Source: Bdellovibrio sp.
Lineage (GTDB): Bacteria > Bdellovibrionota > Bdellovibrionia > Bdellovibrionales > Bdellovibrionaceae
NCBI GenBank assembly: GCA_036677065.1
Contig: JAKFBS010000002.1
Span: 512,001 to 576,000 of the forward strand
Direction: 5' to 3'
DNA: 64,000 bases
A program made the position numbers and the translations under genes. The stretch's first letter is position 1; each line of letters begins with the position of its first letter. The notes under the pieces were generated by a model that ran no database searches, was not told where the DNA came from, and was given only the letters and a program-made list of their open reading frames with translations. Shown here in pieces: positions 9,326-18,370 of the stretch.

Positions 9326-11290
9326 CTAAGAAGCCTTCTTTATAAATCCCTCATCAGGCGTGAGTAGGAAATTTTGCAGCTCAATCGCCGCATTGTCCGG
9401 GTTGGAAATACTAAAGAAATGAGATTTTCCGGATTCTAAATTTATCAATATTCCTTTTTTCAAAAATTTGAAACTATAGAAGTGAAATCGATGTTTGACG
9501 GCAAACAAGTCCTTTAGTTTGAGGGAAGTTATGCGAACTGCCTCAACATTTGAAATCTGATTTAAAGGTATATGGGTTGAAAAATAGGAAAGACTTTTCA
9601 CCACTAGCTTGTCATCCATAATCATCAACTTCTTAGGCACAAATGAAAAAAATATTTGGGCTGTAGCCAATCCAATAGATATTAATGCGAAATCAGATAC
9701 GTATTCTAGAATCTGAAAATGGGCTAATCCCGTATAATTCACTACACGATCAATCAAATAGTAAGAATGAACGACGCCATAACAAGCAAAAACAAAAGCG
9801 ATGAATTCAACTAGCTTAAGTGGTGGGTATTCAACTTTTCGAATCCATCTTACTTTATCATGTTGAAAGTTTTTAGTTAGGACACTTCTGAGAAAGAAAA
9901 ATGTGCCAATGATCACGAGACAAGAAAGAATCATTGCATCATATCTAAAAAATAAAGGCGGCCTTTCAACAATCGAATAAGCGCGCACAGGGATGAACGA
10001 TTTCTTAATGATCTGGCGATAACTTGTAGAATCTATGGAAAGCAAAGCTGCATATGGCGAAGAAAATTTTCCGTAATTTTTCTTTGTTTTCTCGACATGG
10101 ATGGCTAGGTCCATTAAATCTTCAGCCTCTACTCCTCGTAGCGCGTACTGATTGAGATATAATTTTTTAGCCTCTTCAATCATTTGATCGGTAAGCGCTT
10201 CTTCTGAGGTCTCTTTTTCAAGATAGTTTTGGGCAATCTGCAAATTTTCTTCAAAATTATTGGAAGATGTTTCAAAGTTGACGCCTGAATATCCATACCC
10301 CCGAAAGACAGTGGTTCTAGCTGAAGCCGTGTAAGCCTGACCTTTTAAATTTCTGATTTTCTTCATCAGGCGGTGAGCTACATATTGCAAATAAGATTCT
10401 AGAATAGGCTCTTCTTCCATTTTGATTTGCCAAAGTTTAGCGCCTAAAAATATATTTGGATTGCTATTTGTTGTCTTCAAATCCCTATATGGTGATTCAC
10501 GCAACGTTGGCTCTACGTCAGGAGGTAGGCGTTTGCCTTCGCTATTTGGTATCTTTCCCCAATTCTGTCTTATCGCACTGAGAGTTTTTTCGCGATCAAA
10601 ATTACCTGCAATATATAAAATCATATTTGCTGGATAATAGTAATCCGCATAGTGCGCTTTCACCTGCTCTAAAGTAAGTCGTCGATTTGACAATTGTGTT
10701 TCAGTGTTAGAAAAATTCTCATGTTTGGGAATACCGAATTCACTCTCCCAAAATTCAGGTGTCCGTAAATAGGAAGGGAATAAAATTTTGGTGATATCAA
10801 ATTGTAAAAGCTCATCGACCGGACCTGGGCGACCAATTTCCAACTCTACCGTGGACTTTTCCTTGCGCACATATTCCTCAGTGATTTTTGGTTCGAGCAG
10901 CATTTTTTCAAAAATATCTAGAAGCCATGGGCCCTTCTCAGCAGGAATAGTTGCAAAATAACTAGTTTTTCTTTTTTCAGTTGTGCCGTTAGCTTTTCCA
11001 CCGGCTTCCGTAATGACCTGAAGAAAGGTCATTTCTTCATTAAGGTCTCTATCACGAAACAGCACATGTTCTAATAGATGTGAAACGCCGTTATTATTAG
11101 AATTTTCGACGATATACCCTACTCCTACTTCGAGTCTTACACTTATCAATTTTGATTGCTTACTTGGCGCTAAATACACTTGGAGGCCATTTCCTAATGT
11201 CAGTTGTTCAACTTTAGTAAACGGATCAGAGTTCGCATGTGAGCTCAAAACGATAAATTGAAATAATAAGGTATAGACGATGTGTTTCAT
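9326..11290 (-). CDS. M16 (insulinase-family) zinc peptidase with C-terminal membrane domain
   Basis: Signal peptide; GVSHLLEHVLF (HxxEH); YYYPANMILYIAGNF; three C-terminal hydrophobic helices followed by a soluble tail. Confidence 0.85.
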   Translation of the reverse strand: MKHIVYTLLFQFIVLSSHANSDPFTKVEQLTLGNGLQVYLAPSKQSKLISVRLEVGVGYIVENSNNNGVSHLLEHVLFRDRDLNEEMTFLQVITEAGGKANGTTEKRKTSYFATIPAEKGPWLLDIFEKMLLEPKITEEYVRKEKSTVELEIGRPGPVDELLQFDITKILFPSYLRTPEFWESEFGIPKHENFSNTETQLSNRRLTLEQVKAHYADYYYPANMILYIAGNFDREKTLSAIRQNWGKIPNSEGKRLPPDVEPTLRESPYRDLKTTNSNPNIFLGAKLWQIKMEEEPILESYLQYVAHRLMKKIRNLKGQAYTASARTTVFRGYGYSGVNFETSSNNFEENLQIAQNYLEKETSEEALTDQMIEEAKKLYLNQYALRGVEAEDLMDLAIHVEKTKKNYGKFSSPYAALLSIDSTSYRQIIKKSFIPVRAYSIVERPPLFFRYDAMILSCLVIIGTFFFLRSVLTKNFQHDKVRWIRKVEYPPLKLVEFIAFVFACYGVVHSYYLIDRVVNYTGLAHFQILEYVSDFALISIGLATAQIFFSFVPKKLMIMDDKLVVKSLSYFSTHIPLNQISNVEAVRITSLKLKDLFAVKHRFHFYSFKFLKKGILINLESGKSHFFSISNPDNAAIELQNFLLTPDEGFIKKAS

Positions 11291-11297
11291 TCACAAA

Positions 11298-11324
11298 ATA
11301 TCGGCTCTATAACGGCACAACTAA
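11298..11324 (-). promoter_or_regulatory. Putative sigma28 (FliA) promoter for the M16 peptidase
   Basis: Minus strand TTAG-N15-GCCGATAT, ending 7 nt before the ATG. Confidence 0.55.
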
Positions 11325-11425
11325 AGTAAAATTTATTGAGTGCTTTTCAACTTCTAAAAGAGGCTACACTGCTCTAAATAGATTGATATTGTTAAGTAAA
11401 ATTCAAATTTGTCTCAATACAAGAT

Positions 11426-11453
11426 TAATCTTTTAGCTTAGCGCTTCCGATAA
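11426..11453 (+). promoter_or_regulatory. Possible sigma28 promoter for 11494 gene
   Basis: TAAT-N16-TCCGATAA; weak -35 element. Confidence 0.35.
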
Positions 11454-11493
11454 AGGTTAACTTATTTAGTTGGCATTATAAAATGGAGCGTTT

Positions 11494-12168
11494 ATGCCGT
11501 ATAAAAACCTGAGTATTTCAGTTTTAATAGGCGGCGTGTCCTATGTAGCACTGTTAACTTTTCTAGCGATTTACGATTTTACTGCACTATTCGATATTCT
11601 GGCGACTAGATTCGTCGCGGTTGCATTTGGAGTAATCGGGGTTTATCAATTGGTAGATACTCAAACCCGTCAAAAAAAGTATGTTTTTCTTTCTATTATT
11701 CTTATCATACTCTGTCATTACCTATTACAGTTAGTCATCCATAGAGATCTCCTCGCTGCTTTAAATGCAGGTTTTATCCAGACAGGCATATTGATTTCAA
11801 TTATTTGTTACATAGTCGCAAGTATAAAAATACAAACTATCGAAGCTAAAGAAAATCCAAAGAAGATTTCACCCGAACAAGCCTTTGAGCAAGTTAAAAA
11901 TTACAGAATGAACCCAGTTATCCGACCATTTGGAGTGTTGATGGGTTTGATTTTAATGTTTTTTCCAGTTCTGATAGCCTTTGAAGTGGTGAGTGAGACA
12001 TCTAAGAATTTCGATATCGGCCTGGCAGAAATTATAGTGTTCGGATTACTATTTCTGTCTGCACCATTGATGGGTTTTATGTTTTTAGCTTATAGCATTC
12101 CCGGGAAAACACCCAAGTTTGAACTGAATCGTATCGAAAAGAAAATTAAGAAACTAACTAACTTATAA
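11494..12168 (+). CDS. Hypothetical integral membrane protein
   Basis: GGAG RBS; about six hydrophobic helices; no recognised motif. Confidence 0.7.
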   Translation: MPYKNLSISVLIGGVSYVALLTFLAIYDFTALFDILATRFVAVAFGVIGVYQLVDTQTRQKKYVFLSIILIILCHYLLQLVIHRDLLAALNAGFIQTGILISIICYIVASIKIQTIEAKENPKKISPEQAFEQVKNYRMNPVIRPFGVLMGLILMFFPVLIAFEVVSETSKNFDIGLAEIIVFGLLFLSAPLMGFMFLAYSIPGKTPKFELNRIEKKIKKLTNL

Positions 12169-13101
12169 CCCAAAGTGATCAAAAATTCGTAGCGCTACGA
12201 CAAATTCTTCCTCTAAATCCAGAGGGTCGGCTGGTAAGTACAATGTATCAGCCGTATCGCGTACTTGAATTTTTTTGAGCTTTTGCTGCCCCGATTTCCA
12301 GTAAAGATCTTGCCATACAGGGTTCGTCACGCGCACGAAAAGTTCGCTCAAACCTAATGCGCGTTTCACGGCTTTACGGTTTAAAGCTTTTTGCCCAGGT
12401 AAAACGTAATCAACGGCTGCAGCCACATCGTCGTAGTGCATACCTTCAAGCGCATAATAAGTGGCAGCCAAGATAGCTAATAAATATTTGCGGTATTCAG
12501 CTCGAGTTTCACTTACGGGGCTATCTTTAGCGCCCGGGTGATAAATCACCTTCATACGTTCAAAAGCTGTTGAAAGTTTCATACCCAACTGATCACCTAA
12601 CGCCATATCAAGCGTGACTACAAGGCTTTCGGCAAAGTTTAAATAGCGTTGCACGTCTTCTTTTTCTTCAGGTACGGGCGGAAGTTCGCGCCAAATAATA
12701 CGGTGATTCTGCTCGTGAAAAATTGAAATTTCGGTAAACTGCATGAGCGAATAAATCTGTTTATCAGCACCGCGGACTTGATAACCAAACTCACGCAGCC
12801 AGTTTAATTCAGACAAAGCCGGAGTGTATTCAATCTGGTTTTTAAATAAATCATGTGTGCTTAAACCGCGCATGGTTGAGCAAAGCGCCGGTGAAAACAC
12901 GCCACCTAGTTTTAAATAAAGTTTACGGCTTTGACGATACAAAGCACTTAAATTTAACAGCTGCACATCAAACGGAAGTTCGCTGACTACAAGTTTGGGA
13001 AGTTTTTGAACGATTGGAACTGCAAAAAGGAGGCTCGCATCTGTGATGAAGTTTTTAACTTCTTTTTTTAGCTTTTGTTTTGCCGCAGTCATTTTAGCCA
13101 T
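12163..13101 (-). CDS. Hypothetical protein with HExxH motif
   Basis: 312 aa ORF at end of operon; IFHEQNHRIIW followed by NFAESLV. Confidence 0.7.
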   Translation of the reverse strand: MAKMTAAKQKLKKEVKNFITDASLLFAVPIVQKLPKLVVSELPFDVQLLNLSALYRQSRKLYLKLGGVFSPALCSTMRGLSTHDLFKNQIEYTPALSELNWLREFGYQVRGADKQIYSLMQFTEISIFHEQNHRIIWRELPPVPEEKEDVQRYLNFAESLVVTLDMALGDQLGMKLSTAFERMKVIYHPGAKDSPVSETRAEYRKYLLAILAATYYALEGMHYDDVAAAVDYVLPGQKALNRKAVKRALGLSELFVRVTNPVWQDLYWKSGQQKLKKIQVRDTADTLYLPADPLDLEEEFVVALRIFDHFGL

Positions 13102-13107
13102 GATAAT

Positions 13108-13554
13108 TTAGTTATCTTCCACATAAGCTTTTAATTCTTGCAGGTGATCGTTCCAGCCCATTTTAAAATCAAGCATCAGTTGTTTGCTTTGATCTTTAGA
13201 AAACTGATCCCAACCTTCGTGGTTTACATTCACATCGCAAAAAGCACCGTCTTTGATAATTTTTATTGTACAAACGGTCACTGTTTTTTGCGGCCAATCT
13301 TGCTCTTTCCAGGTAAATTGAATTTCTTCATTCACTTTAAAACTTTTCACGCTACCAGTGGCTAATTGTTTAGTTCGTTTGTTGTCTTCCCACGGTTCGC
13401 GAAACACTCCATTTTTTTGTGCCTGCAGGCGTACACCTTCGCCCCACCAGTTTTCAAGCTCATCTGAGTCTGTTAAAGCTTCCCAAATAGCTGCAGGAGA
13501 GGCTTTAATTTTAAGGGTTAGTTCGATTTTTAACGGGGTTGTCGCTTGGGTCAC
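13108..13554 (-). CDS. SRPBCC / AHSA1-like domain protein
   Basis: IKASPAAIWEALTD..ELENWW, IQFTW, HEGW, GWNDHLQELKAYVE. Confidence 0.88.
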   Translation of the reverse strand: MTQATTPLKIELTLKIKASPAAIWEALTDSDELENWWGEGVRLQAQKNGVFREPWEDNKRTKQLATGSVKSFKVNEEIQFTWKEQDWPQKTVTVCTIKIIKDGAFCDVNVNHEGWDQFSKDQSKQLMLDFKMGWNDHLQELKAYVEDN

Positions 13555-14285
13555 GGGGCATCCGTATATACATCATTCATCATTTTATAGATTTTTTCTT
13601 GTAACGCCGTACGATCTGCATTCGTAAGACCTACTGTTGGAACCGGTTTTAACACATGCACTTCGATTGTACGCTTCCAGCGATCTGAATTGGCAGAAAG
13701 TTTACCTTTAGGCCAAACTGCATAAGCACCCTTAATCACAACAGGTACTAGCGGCACTTGCGAAGTTATACCGAAAACAAAGGGCCCGGCCTTAAAAGGT
13801 AAAAGTTTTTCATCATCATGAAAACGGCCGCCTTCAGGCGATAAAGCAAAACGCTCACCTCTGGCAAAACGCACTTTAGCTTCTTCATAAACTTTAAAAA
13901 CTTCTTCGCGGTTACCGCGCGCAATCGGAAGAGTTCCGAACCGGCGCATACACGCGCCAAAAACCGGAATCTTAAATAATTCAATTTTAGCGCCGAAGCG
14001 AATATTATATAAACTTCCGCAAAGAGCAAAAATATCCATAAAGCTTGAATGATTAAATAATATTACAGCACCTTGCTTAGGATCTAAGTTTTCGCCGCCG
14101 AACACTTTTAATTCTACGTTGAAAACTAAAAATGTTAGCTTAGCCCAAGTGGTCATAATCCAATTATCAAAAGACCTGCGATTAAATAAAATATTAATCA
14201 CTACGCCTTGTGCTGATAAATAGCCGGTGATTAATACGAATAAGAAACTCGCTATCAACGAGCGAATGAGTAAAATTAGCTTCAT
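13551..14285 (-). CDS. plsC: 1-acyl-sn-glycerol-3-phosphate acyltransferase
   Basis: NHSSFMD (HxxxxD), SPEGGR, PFKAG, VPLVPV. Confidence 0.88.
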   Translation of the reverse strand: MKLILLIRSLIASFLFVLITGYLSAQGVVINILFNRRSFDNWIMTTWAKLTFLVFNVELKVFGGENLDPKQGAVILFNHSSFMDIFALCGSLYNIRFGAKIELFKIPVFGACMRRFGTLPIARGNREEVFKVYEEAKVRFARGERFALSPEGGRFHDDEKLLPFKAGPFVFGITSQVPLVPVVIKGAYAVWPKGKLSANSDRWKRTIEVHVLKPVPTVGLTNADRTALQEKIYKMMNDVYTDAP

Positions 14286-15415
14286 GTCGACAGGATCCTT
14301 TTTCTAGCCGCTGTGATCTGACGATTTTTATAGGCTTCATGATCGGTATCGCCGGTTTGCATTTTTTCGTAAGCCTGCTGATCCATGATCTGTACTTCGA
14401 AAGGATAGAAAAATGAAAATTCTTTAGTGCTTTGCCCGCCGCTTGAATTTAGCCCAGGAGCAATTTTAATTAATTTACGACAGATAAATTTAATGTATCT
14501 AAAATCAATTGATGAATAAGGGTTTTCTTTACGAAATAACTTTAAAAGTGGATTAGTGCTAACTTTCAACTGTTGACGAAGCAATCTATCAACTTTAGCA
14601 GAATCCATCATAAATTCTTTACCGTGTTTTTGGTGTAAGTGTTCACACACCTCTAAAAACTCTTGTACTGGATACATATTATTTGAAGACTGATCCGGCA
14701 TAATATGCGGATAACTAATTAAATTTGCATCCGTTAAATAGCGAATTACCTGAAATGAATCAAAGATCGTTGGCGTGACAATGCGCACCCCTAGCTTATC
14801 AAAAACTTTAACGGCTAAAGCATCTGGTTTTGCTAAAAGTTTAATAACCGTCGACGTTGAAGTTTTAAATGGCTTAGTTTGAAACTTATGTAATTCAACT
14901 TTATTTGTGTCGCCTTTATGTAGCGGTTTAAAATAAAGTTTATCATGATGTTCAACTGCGTTTTCAAAAGGAATTAAAATCTGCCTTTGAATTTCTTCAG
15001 CAAAATGCGAGAACAGATCAGTCTCTGAATGCACGAACACGTGAATGCAGCGTAACATCGCGCACGCCCACTTTTGAATCTTAGAATCATCATGGTGGGT
15101 TGCCCACACTAAAAGATTACGCATATCTTTTAAATGTTCTGGGTTTTTAATCTCTTTCGGAATTTCATCGATATTAAATTTTAATTTTTCGGTCATTAAC
15201 ACCACAGATCTGCGGTGAAAGTACCAAAGGCGTTTTAAATCTTCTTCATGAGAATAATCAAAGCCATAACTTTTAACAAAAGCATCGGCCTGTTCAATAT
15301 TGTGAATATAAAGTTTGGATTGATCTAACGTCGAAGCTCCACCTGCGATAACAGATAGAGCTGTAGGATCGAACTTAAAATGCGATTGGCTTTGATGGCC
15401 TTTGTCAGAGTGCAT
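14282..15415 (-). CDS. TIGR04552-like protein (RelA/SpoT-synthetase-like nucleotidyltransferase motifs)
   Basis: K..STVIKLLAK, FDKLGVRIV, NPYS..DFRYIKF, FFYPFEVQI, HEAYK. Confidence 0.7.
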   Translation of the reverse strand: MHSDKGHQSQSHFKFDPTALSVIAGGASTLDQSKLYIHNIEQADAFVKSYGFDYSHEEDLKRLWYFHRRSVVLMTEKLKFNIDEIPKEIKNPEHLKDMRNLLVWATHHDDSKIQKWACAMLRCIHVFVHSETDLFSHFAEEIQRQILIPFENAVEHHDKLYFKPLHKGDTNKVELHKFQTKPFKTSTSTVIKLLAKPDALAVKVFDKLGVRIVTPTIFDSFQVIRYLTDANLISYPHIMPDQSSNNMYPVQEFLEVCEHLHQKHGKEFMMDSAKVDRLLRQQLKVSTNPLLKLFRKENPYSSIDFRYIKFICRKLIKIAPGLNSSGGQSTKEFSFFYPFEVQIMDQQAYEKMQTGDTDHEAYKNRQITAARKRILST

Positions 15416-15427
15416 TGACCTCAGAGA

Positions 15428-16096
15428 CTATTTAATAATCCCGCAGCGAGCAACATAGAATTGACCTAACACGCCAGAAGCTGCTGAACCACCAGTCACA
15501 TTGACTGAATTTACGAAGCTAACTTGGCCAGATAAGTACTCACCGCTCAAATTTCCATCAAATCTGATCTCACCGTACTGGTCGCGAAAGATCACATAGC
15601 CTGAGCCCGTTTGCATATTAAATTGGCCTTCTGCAGCAGTCGTAAATTCGATAGGGATCGGTTGATATTGATTTGTGCCATCAGTTGCCGATTGTAAAAC
15701 AAAGCTATCGTAAACTTTAATGAGAATTTTAGTTTGCGCTAAGTTAACTGTTCCGTTTGATTCAATTTTGATTTGGCCTTGAAAGCGAACACCCGTTTGA
15801 TCACTTGGCGATGAAGAGATTTGACCGATTTCATTTGGATCAATCGTTGCTGACAATAAACCTTTTACGCGAGCTTCAAAATTGCCGTTAGAATAAAGAC
15901 TGGCTTGGGTTCCTTGATCGTAGATTGTTCCGATCGAAGAAAGATTATTTCCGCAGTAGCTTTGAGTGAATGTTCCATTTGTTGTTCCCGCAACAGTTGT
16001 GCGCAATGCACCTGATGTACGTTTAGATGTTTCCTTATTAGGGTTACAACCAACAAAAGTTAAAGCAATAATTGTGAGTAATAATACATTTTTCAT
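15428..16096 (-). CDS. Hypothetical lipoprotein
   Basis: GGAG RBS; lipobox FVGC; beta-rich body. Confidence 0.75.
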   Translation of the reverse strand: MKNVLLLTIIALTFVGCNPNKETSKRTSGALRTTVAGTTNGTFTQSYCGNNLSSIGTIYDQGTQASLYSNGNFEARVKGLLSATIDPNEIGQISSSPSDQTGVRFQGQIKIESNGTVNLAQTKILIKVYDSFVLQSATDGTNQYQPIPIEFTTAAEGQFNMQTGSGYVIFRDQYGEIRFDGNLSGEYLSGQVSFVNSVNVTGGSAASGVLGQFYVARCGIIK

Positions 16097-16245
16097 ATAA
16101 GACTCCTACAACCCTATAGTACAAACGGGATGCCAATATTCCCGTCTCACTCTGAGAAATGGGTTTGGTTATATTGGATTTGAGAGTCTCGAGACAATTA
16201 GTGCTGAGAACCTTAGACAACTGTCAGGTTTCCAACAGGGTATGT

Positions 16246-16473
16246 TTAGTTTGAATCTTCAAGACAGATTATAGCGAACGCTTTTACAGTAGAATGCAAG
16301 CCATGTTGTGAATCATCTAAAATATCAACTAGCTCTTCTCGGCTTATATCGTAATAGATAGAGCTATTATAAGCCTGGAGACGATCTGAAAGACATTGCG
16401 TGAAACTGCGGTCAGAAGCCATAGAAGCCGTTGCAGATAATAATAGAGCTACAGTGACGATTAGATTTTTCAT
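16246..16473 (-). CDS. Small secreted hypothetical protein
   Basis: AAGGAG RBS; signal peptide ending ASMA; two Cys. Confidence 0.7.
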   Translation of the reverse strand: MKNLIVTVALLLSATASMASDRSFTQCLSDRLQAYNSSIYYDISREELVDILDDSQHGLHSTVKAFAIICLEDSN

Positions 16474-16575
16474 ACAGAAATCTCCTTAAGTTGATGCCCC
16501 CATATATACAGAGGCTTTAAGGAAATTAAAAGTCAGAGTTTCATTAGGTGGGAAAACTACCTGATCGTCTAAAGA

Positions 16576-17733
16576 TTAATCAAGCGAGCTCAGCCATTCA
16601 GCCACAACCGCAGATTCATTGATCACACGTTGGCTAATAGCTAAATCCACACCAAAGTACCCGACACCACGCAATTGGTGCGTATTAAACAATTGGATAC
16701 TTTTATTTTCTAAATTGTAATTCGCATTTACGTATTTAAACCCCGAAAATAAATTCTGATCTACAGTCGCCGGTAATTTTGCTGATAAGTACTCGCGCGC
16801 AGCTTGGGCGATATGGCAATTTACGCAATCCATACTTTCAGGATTAAAAAGATTTGGATTTTCAATTGCGTAAGAGGCCTGAAGATTTGCAACAGCTTCT
16901 GCTTCAGTAAACACACCTGATGTTGTTGCTTGCTGAACAAAACCACCTAAATTTGATTCTGGAGCTACTGGCGGCTGGGCAATACCTGCTCCTGTGTAGC
17001 CTTTTGAATTATTAAGTTGGTTAAAAAACATTTGCGAAGTTTTACCGTCTAAACGAGGAATGGCTCCGGTAACAAGTTTACCATCAACAACTTCAGCTCC
17101 TAAAAATCCCCAAACATCGTTCATACGACGCAACACCATTACAGTGACACGGCTCAGATTTTTTTCGCCAGCGTACTTAGTAATTAATGTGTTGAATTCA
17201 CCTAATGAAGGACTTTGATCTAAATCTTTTTTCCAAAATGGATGAATATCTAATGCCACTTTTGCATTATTGATTTCAGCCGTTTGGAATTTCTTTTTCC
17301 AAGTTTTTAAATCAGCAATAAGTGAAGTGAATTCTTCATCAGTTAAAACATAGAAACTGTGAAATGCGGCATCAATTGTTGTTACACCCGTGCTAGTAGC
17401 TTTTAAAGGCTGCCAGATCATGCGGATTTGTTTTTGGCACGCCATTGGCGTTGGAAGCGGAAAACAGTGATCAATACGAACGGTCATTAAGCGAGTCATC
17501 GCATTGATTTCATTTTTTTCGTGCTGCATGTCCATAAATGGAAGCTGCATTACCATTGGTTCAGGAACTAATAATCCTTTTTCACCAGTTGATTGTAGTT
17601 TTAATAAATTGTTTTCAGAAGCATCACTTGGAAGAGGCATAATGTAAGTTACATCGTTTAAACCCCAAGTTAATTCAGCAGCCTGAGAGAATGATAGAAA
17701 TAGAAAAATAAAAGGTAAGATTAATAATTTCAT
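16576..17733 (-). CDS. Secreted hypothetical protein with a single CxxCH motif
   Basis: Start reassigned to MKLLILPF (signal peptide ending SQA); CVNCH near the C-terminus. Confidence 0.7.
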   Translation of the reverse strand: MKLLILPFIFLFLSFSQAAELTWGLNDVTYIMPLPSDASENNLLKLQSTGEKGLLVPEPMVMQLPFMDMQHEKNEINAMTRLMTVRIDHCFPLPTPMACQKQIRMIWQPLKATSTGVTTIDAAFHSFYVLTDEEFTSLIADLKTWKKKFQTAEINNAKVALDIHPFWKKDLDQSPSLGEFNTLITKYAGEKNLSRVTVMVLRRMNDVWGFLGAEVVDGKLVTGAIPRLDGKTSQMFFNQLNNSKGYTGAGIAQPPVAPESNLGGFVQQATTSGVFTEAEAVANLQASYAIENPNLFNPESMDCVNCHIAQAAREYLSAKLPATVDQNLFSGFKYVNANYNLENKSIQLFNTHQLRGVGYFGVDLAISQRVINESAVVAEWLSSLD

Positions 17734-17842
17734 GCTCGCGAGTCTTTCCTCAATGTTTACAGGAATCAACGAAGAAAAGTTAGCGAGCGAGTAATCGAAT
17801 GTTAGTTGATAATAAATGTGCTTAAGTTTTAGCCGGGGGCGC

Positions 17843-18370
17843 CTAGCCAACGCTGTGCTGGTGCATATTTATGCGTTCGCGCACCATACCGTAGATGGCA
17901 ATGAAAAAACCTAAAACAATGGCCATATCAGCCACGTTAAATACTCCGGTTCTTAAGAACGGAGAGATTTGAAAATCCATGAACATAAAATCAATCACGT
18001 GACCATTTTCATGCGTCAGGCGATCAATCACATTACCAATACCACCGGCTAAAATAAATGAATACGCGAGCAGGTCTGATAAATTCATTTTGTTTTTTAC
18101 CAATGACCAAAGCATCACAACTAAACCAACTAAAACGAATAAGCCAAACACAACAAAGCGTATTGATCTGGGCATATCGCTACCCATACCCAAAAATGCT
18201 CCGGGGTTTTCAGCGTAAACAAACTGAAACAGGCCTCCAAAATACATGATCGGAGCTTTTCCGACTAAGTGTTCAACGGCCAATACCTTAGTCCATTGAT
18301 CAACAGCCACAACAGTGATTAGAATTAGAAATAATATGAGAAGTCTTTGGCCTGTTGCTAAATTATTCAT
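17843..18370 (-). CDS. lspA: Lipoprotein signal peptidase II
   Basis: DQWTK, NPGAFLG, GGIGNVIDR, VIDF, FNVAD. Confidence 0.93.
   Translation of the reverse strand: MNNLATGQRLLILFLILITVVAVDQWTKVLAVEHLVGKAPIMYFGGLFQFVYAENPGAFLGMGSDMPRSIRFVVFGLFVLVGLVVMLWSLVKNKMNLSDLLAYSFILAGGIGNVIDRLTHENGHVIDFMFMDFQISPFLRTGVFNVADMAIVLGFFIAIYGMVRERINMHQHSVG

Noticed and set aside
17734..17850. N-terminal extension of the 16576..17850 ORF
   Set aside because: It overlaps the lspA stop and precedes a clean signal peptide starting at 17733; likely an ORF-caller extension.
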